Assembly: GCA_965644295.1 (NCBI GenBank) | Contig: CBFFRP010000269.1 | Span: 1 to 64,000, forward strand | DNA from: Paraphysomonas bandaiensis | Lineage: Eukaryota > Protista > Chrysophyceae | Reading direction: 5' to 3' | Length of the DNA stretch: 64,000 nt | In this document: piece after piece, positions 48,356 to 60,010 of the stretch | How the letters are laid out: every line of letters begins with the position of its first letter | Position numbering within the stretch: the stretch's first letter is position 1 | Made by a program: the position numbers and the translations under genes | Notes under the pieces: model-generated | Told to the model about the DNA's origin: nothing | Seen by the model: the letters and a program-made list of their open reading frames with translations, nothing else | The model's database searches: none

Positions 48356-48666
48356 TAGTTTGTAGTACTGGACCAGTACTACTGGTTGGTCTTAATTCAG
48401 GAACAAGACTGTATTTCATTCGTAAATTAAGTAATTTGCATCAGGAGCCTATATTTAGATGTAATAGTGGTCTACCTCTAAAAAGGCTGATATTCTAAAT
48501 ATATAATTTAGTATCTGTATAATGTACACTATTATATATAATTACCCGAAGACCTGCTACAGAGATGCCATCGCTAGATTTACATACTACTCTTATTATT
48601 CATACTGAGAAATCATCTATAATGTCTCTAGTATACTGTTAATAAATCTATTAATCAGCCATATAC

Positions 48667-51171
48667 TCACTCCATACACATATCCTCAACTGAAAATTCG
48701 TGCGCCACTCCAATTGTTTGCATAGTATTAAATGTCCCATGACCCCATAATGTGGGTACAAACATAATGTCGCCTCCACGCTGCGTGCACAGTCGAGCAA
48801 CAGGAGTTGAATCATCTTTAGTAATGCTGCCTGATGACCGCGGATCAGTGCGCACGAAGTCCAGTGCTGGCTTAGTGCTATAGAAGGCATCCTCTGGGGG
48901 GAAAAGAAACCACCTCTACAGAGTGCGGTATATCAGAATGAAACATGAAGTAGGAATAATCGAGTGAGTTGGGCTAACTAATGCTCTACATATAACCCGT
49001 ACTATACAGCAAACAAACCTTCTCTCCATGTGCAAGTGAATTCACAGCGTGCCCATGATAGTGAACTGGAGCTCCAGTTCCTGCTCCCCCTGGGCTCTTT
49101 CATTAGCAAAACGAACCTATGTCAATAGGATACTTACCAAGGTAGAACTGCATTTCTACATCCTTCACGAGTCCATTTAGTACTGACGGCAGGCCAACTG
49201 CAGTTTCTATCTTCTCTTTCCATTGGGGAAGGGCTACATTAAATGCATACCCCGGAGGCTCATCAGGGGAAGGAATAGAGGTCTCGCTCCTATCACTTGA
49301 CAGCGATGCGATCTGGTGACAGCTATAAGACCAGCAATTGTTAATATTGAATTACACATACTTCGTCCAGGGTTTGCATTTGTCCTCTCTTTCCAAAACT
49401 TCCGGCATAAGGTATAGCAGATACAGGCATCGACTCGGATCCAAATCGGGAGAGAAACTCTGAGCGGGAGAGCACATGCCGCAATGAATCAGAATTATTG
49501 GACAGCGCACCACGGAAGATCACTGGCTGGCCTCTCGCCACATATTGGGTATAGAACTCTAGTGGTGACGGAACGCCACTCCAAACCTATAGAAACCAGT
49601 AACCACGAAAAGCAATTGAACAATTGACATAAAAATTGTACCTCAGGTATGTCACAGCGATCCCTGTCTCCTAGCAATAGAGGGTCATCAAGCAATGCTG
49701 TACTCCATCCGCCATTTTCTCTTTCTGTAACAGGCAAGGCCGATGCATGAACGCCATCTGATTCTACCTCCACTTCAAAATGTTTTATGCTATCATTACT
49801 GCTTCCATGCCGTTCTGGAGGAATGTGGGAACTAAGTAGTGCACTAAGGTGGGACTCAGAAACATCCACACCAGCTAGGTCATGCAGCCTCCTCATAGAT
49901 ATAAACACTTTAGATTTAGATCCATATCGCAGCGCAGCGTAAGAAAGAGGAGTGTGGTCACGACTATCCTTGGCAGAGATAACCTGATAACATGACATCT
50001 ATCAGGCGTATAACGTCTAGGGTTTTCACAAACAATATTTACAGATTGGTACAAATTGATGTTTTATAATACTGACGTTCAGTCCATTTTACATCATATA
50101 TTTTCGCAATATACCTGCGCAAGCAGGCGCTTCCCTTCATCAGATGCTTTGGAGAATATTTCTACAAGGTCTCTCACCATACTTGCCCCACCAGATAAAC
50201 CAAGCGTGTGCAAAACATTTCGCCCGTTATTTTCACTTGCAACGAGAAGGCTGTGCTACCATGTGAATACCAGTAACACATGTCAACCCCGGCAGCTTAC
50301 CTGCCAATGTGTTCCGAAAGAGTGCCTGGGTCTATAACAGCAAGAGGAGCAGCTAGAAGGGACCGATGTATAGTACTGGCGACTTCATCAAGGCTCTCCA
50401 AGACAGTCATTAAAGGTACGTCAAAACTAGGATCGGTAAATATATCCTCCACAAGCCCGCTGTACGTGGGACTCATAGCGGCAAGTTCTTGTGAATTGAC
50501 TGCTGCCTTTGCTCCAACCCCGAGACTGGCTCCTATATTTATGTACTTTATATATAGGTGCAGACAGTGATATACATACCTGCTAGTAGAGAAAGTACAT
50601 CTCCAGTGGTAAACTCCTTCCCATCTTTCCGTGCAGATTCCTTCATCTTCTCAATAATTGATCCTGCATGTAGGAGAAGTTTCGAGAGTGGGATAGGATC
50701 ACATGGTACGGAGTACAACTGCTGTAGAGCCAAGGGGCTATTTAGCACAGATCCAGCTTCTGCTACGCTTTTAGCCAGTCCCATTTCCCTAAGAAGTACA
50801 GCCTTGAATAAAACATGGGGGTCATTATTGAATTGAGCGTTGACATCAGCCCCACTATCAATTAGCATATGACCAATCTCAACAAGTGTTTTGCGGTCTC
50901 TAACATTCCTACTCTGAAAATAAAGGTTGAGTATGTGGTGTAAGATCGGCCTATCTCCGAACACAGGTTCATTGATCTCCTCCTGTATAAACCATTTCAT
51001 ATATATATCCGTAATATCTCTCTATATCTTCACCTGAGACATATCCTGTATATGAGTCATAGCGTGTATGAGGTCCATATTTTGGGGGTTAGCTATGTAG
51101 TCTTGTACATGATCCCAAGACACAGCACACACTGCAATTAATGCATTCAATGCTAGGGCAATGCCGAGCAT
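48667..51171 (-). CDS. Signal-peptide, ankyrin-repeat and JMJD8-like JmjC protein (multi-exon)
   Basis: Signal MLGIALALNALIAVCAVS. Ankyrin-like LIDSGADVNAQ, RSLLAAPL and DHTPLSYAA. JmjC motifs FYLG.AGTGAPVHYHGHAVN...EKRWFLFPP...CTQRGGDIMFVPTLWGHGTFN. Confidence 0.85.
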
Positions 51172-51616
51172 TGGTGAACAGAAAGAACGTTACTTATGAG
51201 ACTAAATAGCGAGAAGAAGAGATAGAGTAGTTAGCTCGTCTCTTACTTTAATATTCATATATATATATATATATGCCTGTATGTTTGCATTCTTATGTGT
51301 ACGTATATACTGCTGTATGTATGTACAGCAGTACTACACAAGTAGGAAATCCGTACTGTTGGAAGTATAGTGGAGTACACTGCTACACCACCATCAAGTG
51401 GAAGAATGCCGATTTTATTTTTGAAGTCAAGAAAAGAGAAGCTTGAAGAACATCAACAGAACAGCACATCAACATCATACTGCATATGCATATGCATATC
51501 CTCACACACATATCTGAATATATGATACTACTATACATAGTGAGGCATAGCATGTGAGGAGATCTCATATCACATAAGGCTTCACGTTATATTGCTTACT
51601 ATCCATATATTATACA

Positions 51617-52838
51617 ATGTCACAACATCGTGTACGTAAGGTCATACCCAGTACTCCTCATAGAGGCTCTGAATCTAAGTCCTTGTCGTCGGGGTCCATC
51701 CACCAGTCGGTAGTTGATACTCCAACAACACGGAACTCTCCAGACTATGTACCTCAGAAGCGAGTAGTGAAGGCTGTAGTCCATGCATTGGAAGACTCAG
51801 TGAAGGAAGGAAACATTCCAACAATGGCCAGAGAGAGAGAAATTGTTGGGGCTATACGTCAAGTTGGGGTTGATCTGCCTCTACGGCGTGTCTACACTGT
51901 GGAGGAGCGCAAGGTGTGTGCTTGTTTTCGTTTCTCTACTTATGTACTTGTCTACGATTTATAATATCAATGCATATCAGGCTGCCTTGCTGGAGGGGAT
52001 CACATCTGCAGTCAAAAAAGAAGCCATACTAGAAAAGTATGGTGTTTCATTGCGAACCCAAACCGACGATAGGACAAAGCTCAGGGATATTCTAGGTTTT
52101 AAAGATGTGTCCTCTTTTCACAGCTTCTGCAGTGATTCCACCAACTACGGCATGCTGGAGGAAACCATTGCCGACATGGTCTTTCCGCTTGGTGGTTTCC
52201 AGAACCAAGTTTTGGAAGAGCAGCCGGGGACGAAGCGCGTACGGTATAAGGAGGCGAAAGTGGGGACTCCAGAATACTACAGTCTCATCAGAAGCGCCGC
52301 CGCTTATTTCCATGAGAAGAGTATGATCGCCGCCGCCCGTGAGAGTGCTGTGCAGAGGGCGGAGGAAGCGGAGGCACGCAAGGTATTCATACCTCGAGCA
52401 GCACTAACCTGTCTGCCTGCTGGAATAGAAGAGCGAAATGAGCATGCGATGGAGGAGGATGAAGCCAGTGGCTTGCCCAACACTGGCACCGGGCACCAAC
52501 ACCAAACCCTGGCACGTGAGCGCGCAGGCCCGCAAAAGAAATCCCGCCTGGCGGAGGAGGAAGTTACCCGAAAAGAGAATCGAATGGTGAAGTCTCGTCA
52601 AAACCGGATGATTCTGGAGAACACTTGGCATACCTTGAGGACCAAACTGCTAACAGATCCGAGTCTAGACTGGAGGTGTGAGACTCTTTCCAATCTGAAG
52701 GCGGCATTCACTTGCTTGCCGAAGTCTACCGCCGTGGTGGACCCTCACATCAAGCGCAACACCAAGGCATGGTACGTCGCAATGCTTGAAGAACCCATGA
52801 TGACAGCGCTCGCAGCACACATGCCCCCAAGTGTTTAA
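51617..52838 (+). CDS. Hypothetical protein with a pipsqueak-like HTH, possibly derived from a pogo-like transposon
   Basis: Spliced RRVYTVEERK/AALLEGITSAVKKEAILEKYGVSLRT. No DDE domain is visible. Confidence 0.45.
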
Positions 52839-53239
52839 TTTTTGTAGCTAGATGATATCATGTGTGAATTGCACATCTTTACCCCTGTCATGTGTGAAAT
52901 TCTCACACTATCTTTATCTCATTTATATCATGTTTGAACTGCAAACTGCTCATTATAATTTTTTTCTCGTGTACTCGTTATTAATTACTTTCGATACTTG
53001 TATTTTATTTGTATTACTACTACTTACTCTTCTACTAGCTAGCTTCGCTAACTAGTTATTGAATTGTCACCAACTCAAACTATTGGATTGTTCAACTGGT
53101 CGTAAAGCTCAGAAGTTATAATTGTGGCGAATCGCCACTTTCAACAGGACCTCTAGCTTCATCCCAGTAGAATTGCGAGAGGATCACTATTATTCTGTTA
53201 CCGTTGCTAACAACATCGCTACCACCTAAAATGTCGGAA

Positions 53240-53453
53240 TTGTTTATTCGTCATAGCTCAAAGATGTCTACACAAGGGACACCTCTTATTCGTGTCCCTT
53301 GTACGACACAAGCATGTGGCTATGAGTGGGCAGAACAATATCTGCTGATTCTGACTATATATGCGGCTTACGTTATAGTTTCCCAGAGAAATAGCTCCAA
53401 TACTTATCCCCCAGAGCACCACGAAAAGGTACGTGTCCGACTTTGTTGAGGGA
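53240..53453 (-). repeat. Unclassified dispersed repeat, copy E (5' half)
   Basis: Reverse complement of the 5' region of copy A, ending GTCCGACTTTGTTGAGGGA. Confidence 0.8.
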
Positions 53454-54214
53454 AGAAATACTGCAGAGTTGCACGGTTTGTATTACACGTCGTTGTGTGT
53501 GCAGCATTTGCGCTAAATTTAGGATTACAGATTAGATTATTCGAATTCATTCCCAGCGCTATTGAATTAGTATTTTATGTTGCTTGCAAGCGCAGCGTTA
53601 CATTATGTGTTTTATATTATGTAAAGTGCGTAATGGACTATCATAAAAAATGGACTGAGAGTGGCCATGCAATGACTGGCACGTGGTTGACTAAAAACAA
53701 CGGCATTAGTTAGGTATCAATGTCCTAGTGGCAAGTACGACGTTTATAGTGAAAAATGCTCACATATGCCCTACAAATTCTTCCAGCAAATCGACTGATC
53801 TAATTGCCAATTCGTTGCTATTTCTTCCAATTATGTGCAGTAGGTTCACAAGTAATCGTTGTGAAAAGTTGTTATAGCAAAAGCTCCACATGGACCATGT
53901 CTACTTTCCGCTCTCTGATACCTTCATTCTTCATTGCCTTGTCCATGTCAACTGAACCTCCTCAGCAGATGAATATGACCAGTGAAACAGCAATAATACT
54001 GACGAAAGGATTACACCATTATTACCAATCAAAAATGTTACGTAGAGGCAAAAATTAACTATGAAGAGTTCGAAGTCCTCGATACTACAATCACCCGGAC
54101 CGCCTTCCTATGAAATATACATTCGATTCATATATCACATACTAAGGAGTCGTAGACCAGCACCAATAAAAACAGGATATATCCGTATATACACTAACCG
54201 CTTTTCAGTGAATG

Positions 54215-55202
54215 CTAGCTGTCGACCGAGATACTCTTACGTTCCCTGAGGTACTTGGAGACGTACTCGTACGTGATGAAGGTCGTGGTCGTCGCTGGAA
54301 TGACACGGATTATATTCAGTTTAAACCCCGACCAAAGGGCGGTCACTCCCTCCTCTTTGATAATATCTCTGGTTATGCGGATAATAGAGGGGTGTGCTGA
54401 TCGACTGTCTTGCATGCGAGCCCGCAATACTTCATGTGGGTAAGTCACACAGCAGGCAGTGATTTTGGCTATCGATGAAGCAAAGAAAAAATCCAGAAAA
54501 TTAGAGTCGCAACTTTGCTGCTGGGCTTCTGTGCTGTGTTCAATTTCCCAGCGGAGGTTGTCGCGTGACCATCCCTTGAGGAACTCATACAATGGGAACT
54601 GAATGGCAACATGTGGAAGACCAAGGAAAGAGGCTGTGAGACCTTTATAAAAGGCGAGTGGGCCTTCCTCTCGGAAAATAGTCATGAACATTCCAGGGGT
54701 AGTGACACGGGCAGATGAAGAGGCTAAGTGAGACTCTGGGTGCATAACGAGAGTTTGTATGCGAGTCCTTACGACCCAAAAAGGATTCGTAATAAAATCC
54801 GCAATTCCCCCCGATACACCAGCAGCTGTGATGTGCAGTAGATGGGGGGATATGGTGGGATACTCTTTATGTAGATATACCTTCATATTCTCATACGAGT
54901 ACCAGTATATGCTCCAGAACAGTGGCACATTGAATAGGGCAGTGCCAAGACCCTTGAACAATCCCCGCGCCCCTTCGGCCTTGTATATTCCTCGAATGGC
55001 TCCGAAAGTACCCTTATAGGCTTTCAGCTTCAATGACCCCTGAACCTGCTGTCGAACCTACAGAACATATGAGAGGATCACATATATTGACAGGGATGGA
55101 ATAAACCTTCGCGATATCTAGAGGAGCACATAGTATACTACAGACAACACCCGCACATGCGCCTGATACCAAACTATTCACAGCAAGAGATTCGCCTTCC
55201 AT
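54215..55202 (-). CDS. Mitochondrial carrier (SLC25), NAD+ transporter NDT1/2-like (2 exons)
   Basis: Three carrier repeats PLDIAK, NPFWVVRTR and YPHEVLRAR. WSIYWYSYE and HVAIQFPLYE are typical of NDT/folate carriers. Confidence 0.9.
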
Positions 55203-55320
55203 CAGTCCCTAGAATTTAAATACTAGGAGAAAGTGGAGACTGATATCGTCTGCTCTAAAGCGATGTTTGCATATTGGTGTGATGGTTTGTATGACCCACC
55301 TGAGGTTGAAATCAAAATTT

Positions 55321-55390
55321 GTACATACATACGCGGTACATACATACGGTACATACATACGGTACATACATACGGTACATACATACGGTG
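55321..55390. repeat. TACATACATACGG-type short tandem repeat
   Basis: Repeated GTACATACATACG units in a divergent spacer. Confidence 0.8.
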
Positions 55391-55902
55391 GTGTACACAA
55401 CACATCTGTATATACGTCGAGTAGAGTTGTGTGTATGGACTGCTGTGTTTGCATACATTCACTCGTACAGCAGTACAATGCTACAGTATACTCTGTATAC
55501 TCTGTATACACTTCAGTTGTTGATGGTATACGTAAAATACGGCTCTGCACCCTCCACACCAGCCGTTTCGTGTGTCCAAAGATGACCACAGCCATACACA
55601 TCTGTACTCGTTCATATATACAGCAGTACATATACAAGATATCATTCTACTGTACTGATGATGGTGATGTTATGCCCATAGTCTCTCCCTGATGTACTGC
55701 TGTACTCTATATAGGTAGGTACACTGTAGATACACCAGCAGTGTGTATGATATGCAACCACCTGCCATCGTCAGCTAAGAGAACCTTTGGAGAAGATGCT
55801 TGGTGTTGCGCATTATTAATAGAATGTTAACAGTGTCGCCCTAATTGAACACAATCACTATGATATCATCTGAGTAGTCGATTATATTATTATATATTTA
55901 AT

Positions 55903-58398
55903 ATGAAGAACGTGTGGTTGAGAGATCTTGAGCGAGCACCTGCACCCAAAGCCAAGAAATATATAGACATACGACCTTTAACTGCCCCTGAGAATGCATA
56001 TGAAGATACTCATCTTAATGAAATGTCTCAATGTACATCTGTGAGTCGTCCATCAACATCTAGTGAGTGGCGTCAGGCGTTTAAAGGCCCTCATAAAACA
56101 GGATTTTTGGAACCGATTCATCCAAATAAAACTGTTTCGAAAACGAAACGAATATTAAGACGTGCATCACGTGAAGATTTAAAGTTTCAGTCGACAGGTC
56201 CTCCTCCTGGTCACATTGCACGTGAGGTCGCAGAGAAGCGTGAAAGAGAAAAGGAGCTAGCCAGAAGGAGGATGTTGAGACAGGATACGAAAGTATTCAA
56301 CTTCACTGAAGATATTAAAAAGATGTTATCATTTGGACAATTTGATTGTAAGGAAAGGCCCGAGTGGGACCAGCGTTTCATACGTTCTCACGTGGACAAG
56401 AGGGAGCAGGCTTTGGCCAGGCGAAATGCACAGAGGATAAGAGAAAAAGCCCTTTCAAGTGGACAGAATGCCATCAGTGTAACCATGCGTGATGTATTAG
56501 AAATGTATACTGCTCCGTATAAGATTCCGAGAGGAAAGAATGCATGTGTTCGTGCTCCTGTTCGACTGAATGATGACGAGTTGCATGTATGGAACAAAGG
56601 GAGGATGGCATTGCACCACTCCGGTACCCAAATTCAACACAAGAATTTGCAGCAACTAGCTACGATATGCAGAAAGCATTTGCGCCCTACTCATGACAAT
56701 ATCATCATTGTCCATTTCTTGCGGTTTGTAAATATTTTGTTAGGAGGAACACCTTCTTTCAAGAGTGCCCAAGTGATTCTATTGAAGGATATAAACTATC
56801 TTCATCGATTGATTCAGAATGTGAGTCGCATATAAATGTGAGCGCAATTCCTAATTTTGGCTTTGTAATCTGGCAGATTAATCCTCTAAGCTTACCACTG
56901 GACTACATTCGTGCTGCAGTAACTTTTCGTATGAAAGAATTGGAGAAAGATGGATGTCACTTTTCTGCAGAAAGTGACAATCAGCTCGTCGAATGCAGTT
57001 CAGATTCTGGAGGTGGTGATGATCACATGTCAACCTCACAGCAATCCTCTGTGTCCCACTTAACACAGCCAAATAGCTTGTCTGAGGCCACTGGGCAAAG
57101 CCAGCACAGCAATAGCGTAGCAAGTGACACGATGGGTAAGCTATCCACTTGGGAAGTATTTATACAAAATTTGCAGAGGTAGGAACGAACTGAAGTTGCT
57201 GTTTTGTCGTGACTAATGCTCTGTGTTTTCACAATGCAGCTGGGTTTTTTCTATAAGTCTCCTTGGTAAAATAATACTAGTCAGTGCAGAAAGAACTCCT
57301 ATAAATATATTAATGTCACAGAAGCGGAAGAGCTCCAATAATGCCCTCACAGTCCTTCAGAAGTCTGTGCGTATCAGAGATATCAAAGTGACCAATGCCT
57401 TGTTCACTGGCGAAAACGAGGATGAGGAACAGCAAATTCAATCGCAATCATCTGGGCATAGTTCCAGCACACCAAAACCTGAAACACGACATCGGCTTAG
57501 TGTAATCCTGGGTATTTCACCAGGATCCACTCCCTTTGAGCCTTACAATTTTGTAAACCACATGCCTATTACTCCATGTCCCGAGGAAGAGGTTAGCGAG
57601 GAAGATGTAAATGACTTTCGTAGACAATTTTTTGGAGTTCGTGCTCCTGCTAGAGATTTTCGCAGTCTCGCTCGGATGAGTTCAAGGAGTTATGGAGATC
57701 TGGAAGTGCTTCTCAAGCCGTGTTATGGTACTGGTACATCTGTGGCGGACGAATCAATTTTCGACGATTCCGTCGGCATGATAGAGGGATATCTAGAAGA
57801 GAAAAACATCTCGAGCTCGAAATCTGGGAGTAGCATTAGCCCAACGAAATTTGGAGATCGTGAGCATAGTAGTGTCGCTCATACAAACTCTTGTGAATCC
57901 GAGAATTACCCTCCTACTAATCCAGGTGATAAACGAATTCTCTCTGACGCGAACAAATACCTGGAAGTTGACGGCACAGATAAAAATAAGTATCGACTGG
58001 ATAAGACAGGTAACTTACTTGTCGGTGTGGGTGGAAAATTTTCTCCTTCCTCTAAAAACATGGCTCTCTACTACGATATGATCACCCCTGGGGAGAGTGC
58101 AGAAGTGTATGTTGTTGGCTCAAAGTTGGAGACCAAAAAGCTCACTGCTGTTGATATGTGTTCGTCATCAAACAGAAAAATATTAAGCGACGAGGATATC
58201 AAGTCCGAACTTGAATCAGGAGAGACTCCAGAGGAGTATTGGCAGAAAGTCAAAGAACAAAAGATAAAAGAGAATCAAGACTTTGTGGAAGCGTTGTGTC
58301 GCCTCTCTGACTTAAAGGAAGACCCCCCGTTGTCATCCAAAAGTAATCCTGGATGTCGTAGCATGAGGTCTAAGTCAAGGCCACAGCTAGTGGAATGA
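55903..58398 (+). CDS. Hypothetical protein, largely disordered (3 exons)
   Basis: Three long ORFs joined by GT-AG introns at ~56821-56876 and ~57179-57238. Confidence 0.7.
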
Positions 58399-58679
58399 TT
58401 CGATGACTCCTTAATTATTACGTTGTTTTTAATCATTGTAGAGTAGAATGCCTTTTTTTATTGATTTTAAAAATGTGGGTTGTAGTGTGTATATTACTCA
58501 GCTGCTGAAGTACTCAACGAATAGTTTAGTGTTAGTTTTGTTCCAATGTGGTATAATAAAGATACCTCGTTACCATATGTAAAAGTATTGCAATACAAGT
58601 GCACAAAAATGTACTCAAAGTTTAAATTCAATAGGTACTATGCATATTATCGGACGCTTTATCGCATATAATATATATA

Positions 58680-58872
58680 GTATTGAAGGTCTTTTTATTT
58701 AGCAATAGGCGTTAAAAACTCGTTCCGATATAGTGGCTAGTTGAATGCTAGATCTACTAGGTAGACCTCTACCCATAACTAATCAGCACAAATTCTATTA
58801 TCCTACTATTTAGCGCTACAGAAGCTGCTTGTGCGTCGCCGGAAGCACCAAGGTGCAACCACTTCCGTTCTT
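58680..58872 (-). repeat. Unclassified dispersed repeat, copy F (3' part)
   Basis: TTAGCAATAGGCGTTAA...GCACCAAGGTGCAACCACTTCCG. Confidence 0.8.
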
Positions 58873-60010
58873 AATGTTGTGTGTGAGTTCGCCCTGCTCG
58901 TGTGTCTGAGGACTCACTGGCGCGTGTTGTCCGGGGGTCTCCCCTTGGGATAAGGTTCCGCCAGGCTCTGAGGTACAGGGTTCTGTATTAAGGTCCTGAG
59001 TGTACCGAGCACTAGATGTGTGTGCTGAGAGGTTGATGGTGTGGTGGAATGTGGCGGTGTCGCCGTGCACCGTCTGGGCGTTGGGCATAAATAATATATA
59101 TCTATTGTTACAGTGGTACTAGTTAGCAGTACTTGACTAATATAACAAACTGGATACAGCTAATGCCATACAGTCAGCGTTTCAAGGATATATTATGTTT
59201 GTATACGAAGAGTTAAAGAGTAAGAATGACCACTTCGTACTGAGTATTAAGTATTAACTACGAACTACCACTGAGACGTGTAGTGTAATAAAGTATTGCC
59301 TCAATTAGTATGTTGACTGGAAGCGAACTCATCTAGCAATATGTCTTTACAAAATTGATCACATAAATATAAAAGTATATGTATTCATTTGAAACAAATA
59401 TATTGTGTTTAAAACGTTTTCCTCTGAAAACTCTGAGATCACAACTCTGAGGATTCAGATGCCTATTAAGGTGCATAATTTAGATTTTCCTAATAGGAAT
59501 TGTCGCTTAGATTCCAATTTTAATAATTAATTAATATATTGGCATATTATACATATATCTTCTTTTTAAGCGTTTACTGAAAAAATCGCTCTGTACAAAC
59601 TTCATAGTGTTATTCATAATCAACTGAAATGTTCCAATACTTTAGCATATGCTGCGTTGTTAGAGATTTGATGGCTTACAAAATATGTATAAACTTCACA
59701 ACAACATTTGTTTACTATCATGATATCTTGCTTAATAAGTGTTTCCGATTTACAATAACCTCAGTGAACATATTGAGATGACATGACGGGTTTTGCGTAT
59801 CTTACACGGAAAACTCCATTCTATACTACCATACAGTAATCATAACTAATCTTTATTGCATTACCAACAAAAGTTGGGCGTCTGAGAATGATACAGAAAA
59901 TATTTCATGGTAAAAGCTACATTGCCATATACGTAATATTCAATGGCTACACTCATAAGTATCACCGTCTACTGGCCCAACAGCTGGCAGCCCTCGCTTA
60001 TCCCACATCC

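Noticed and set aside
51350-53205. TIRs around the HTH gene
   Set aside because: Only weak, gapped similarity between candidate ends; no clear TA TSD.
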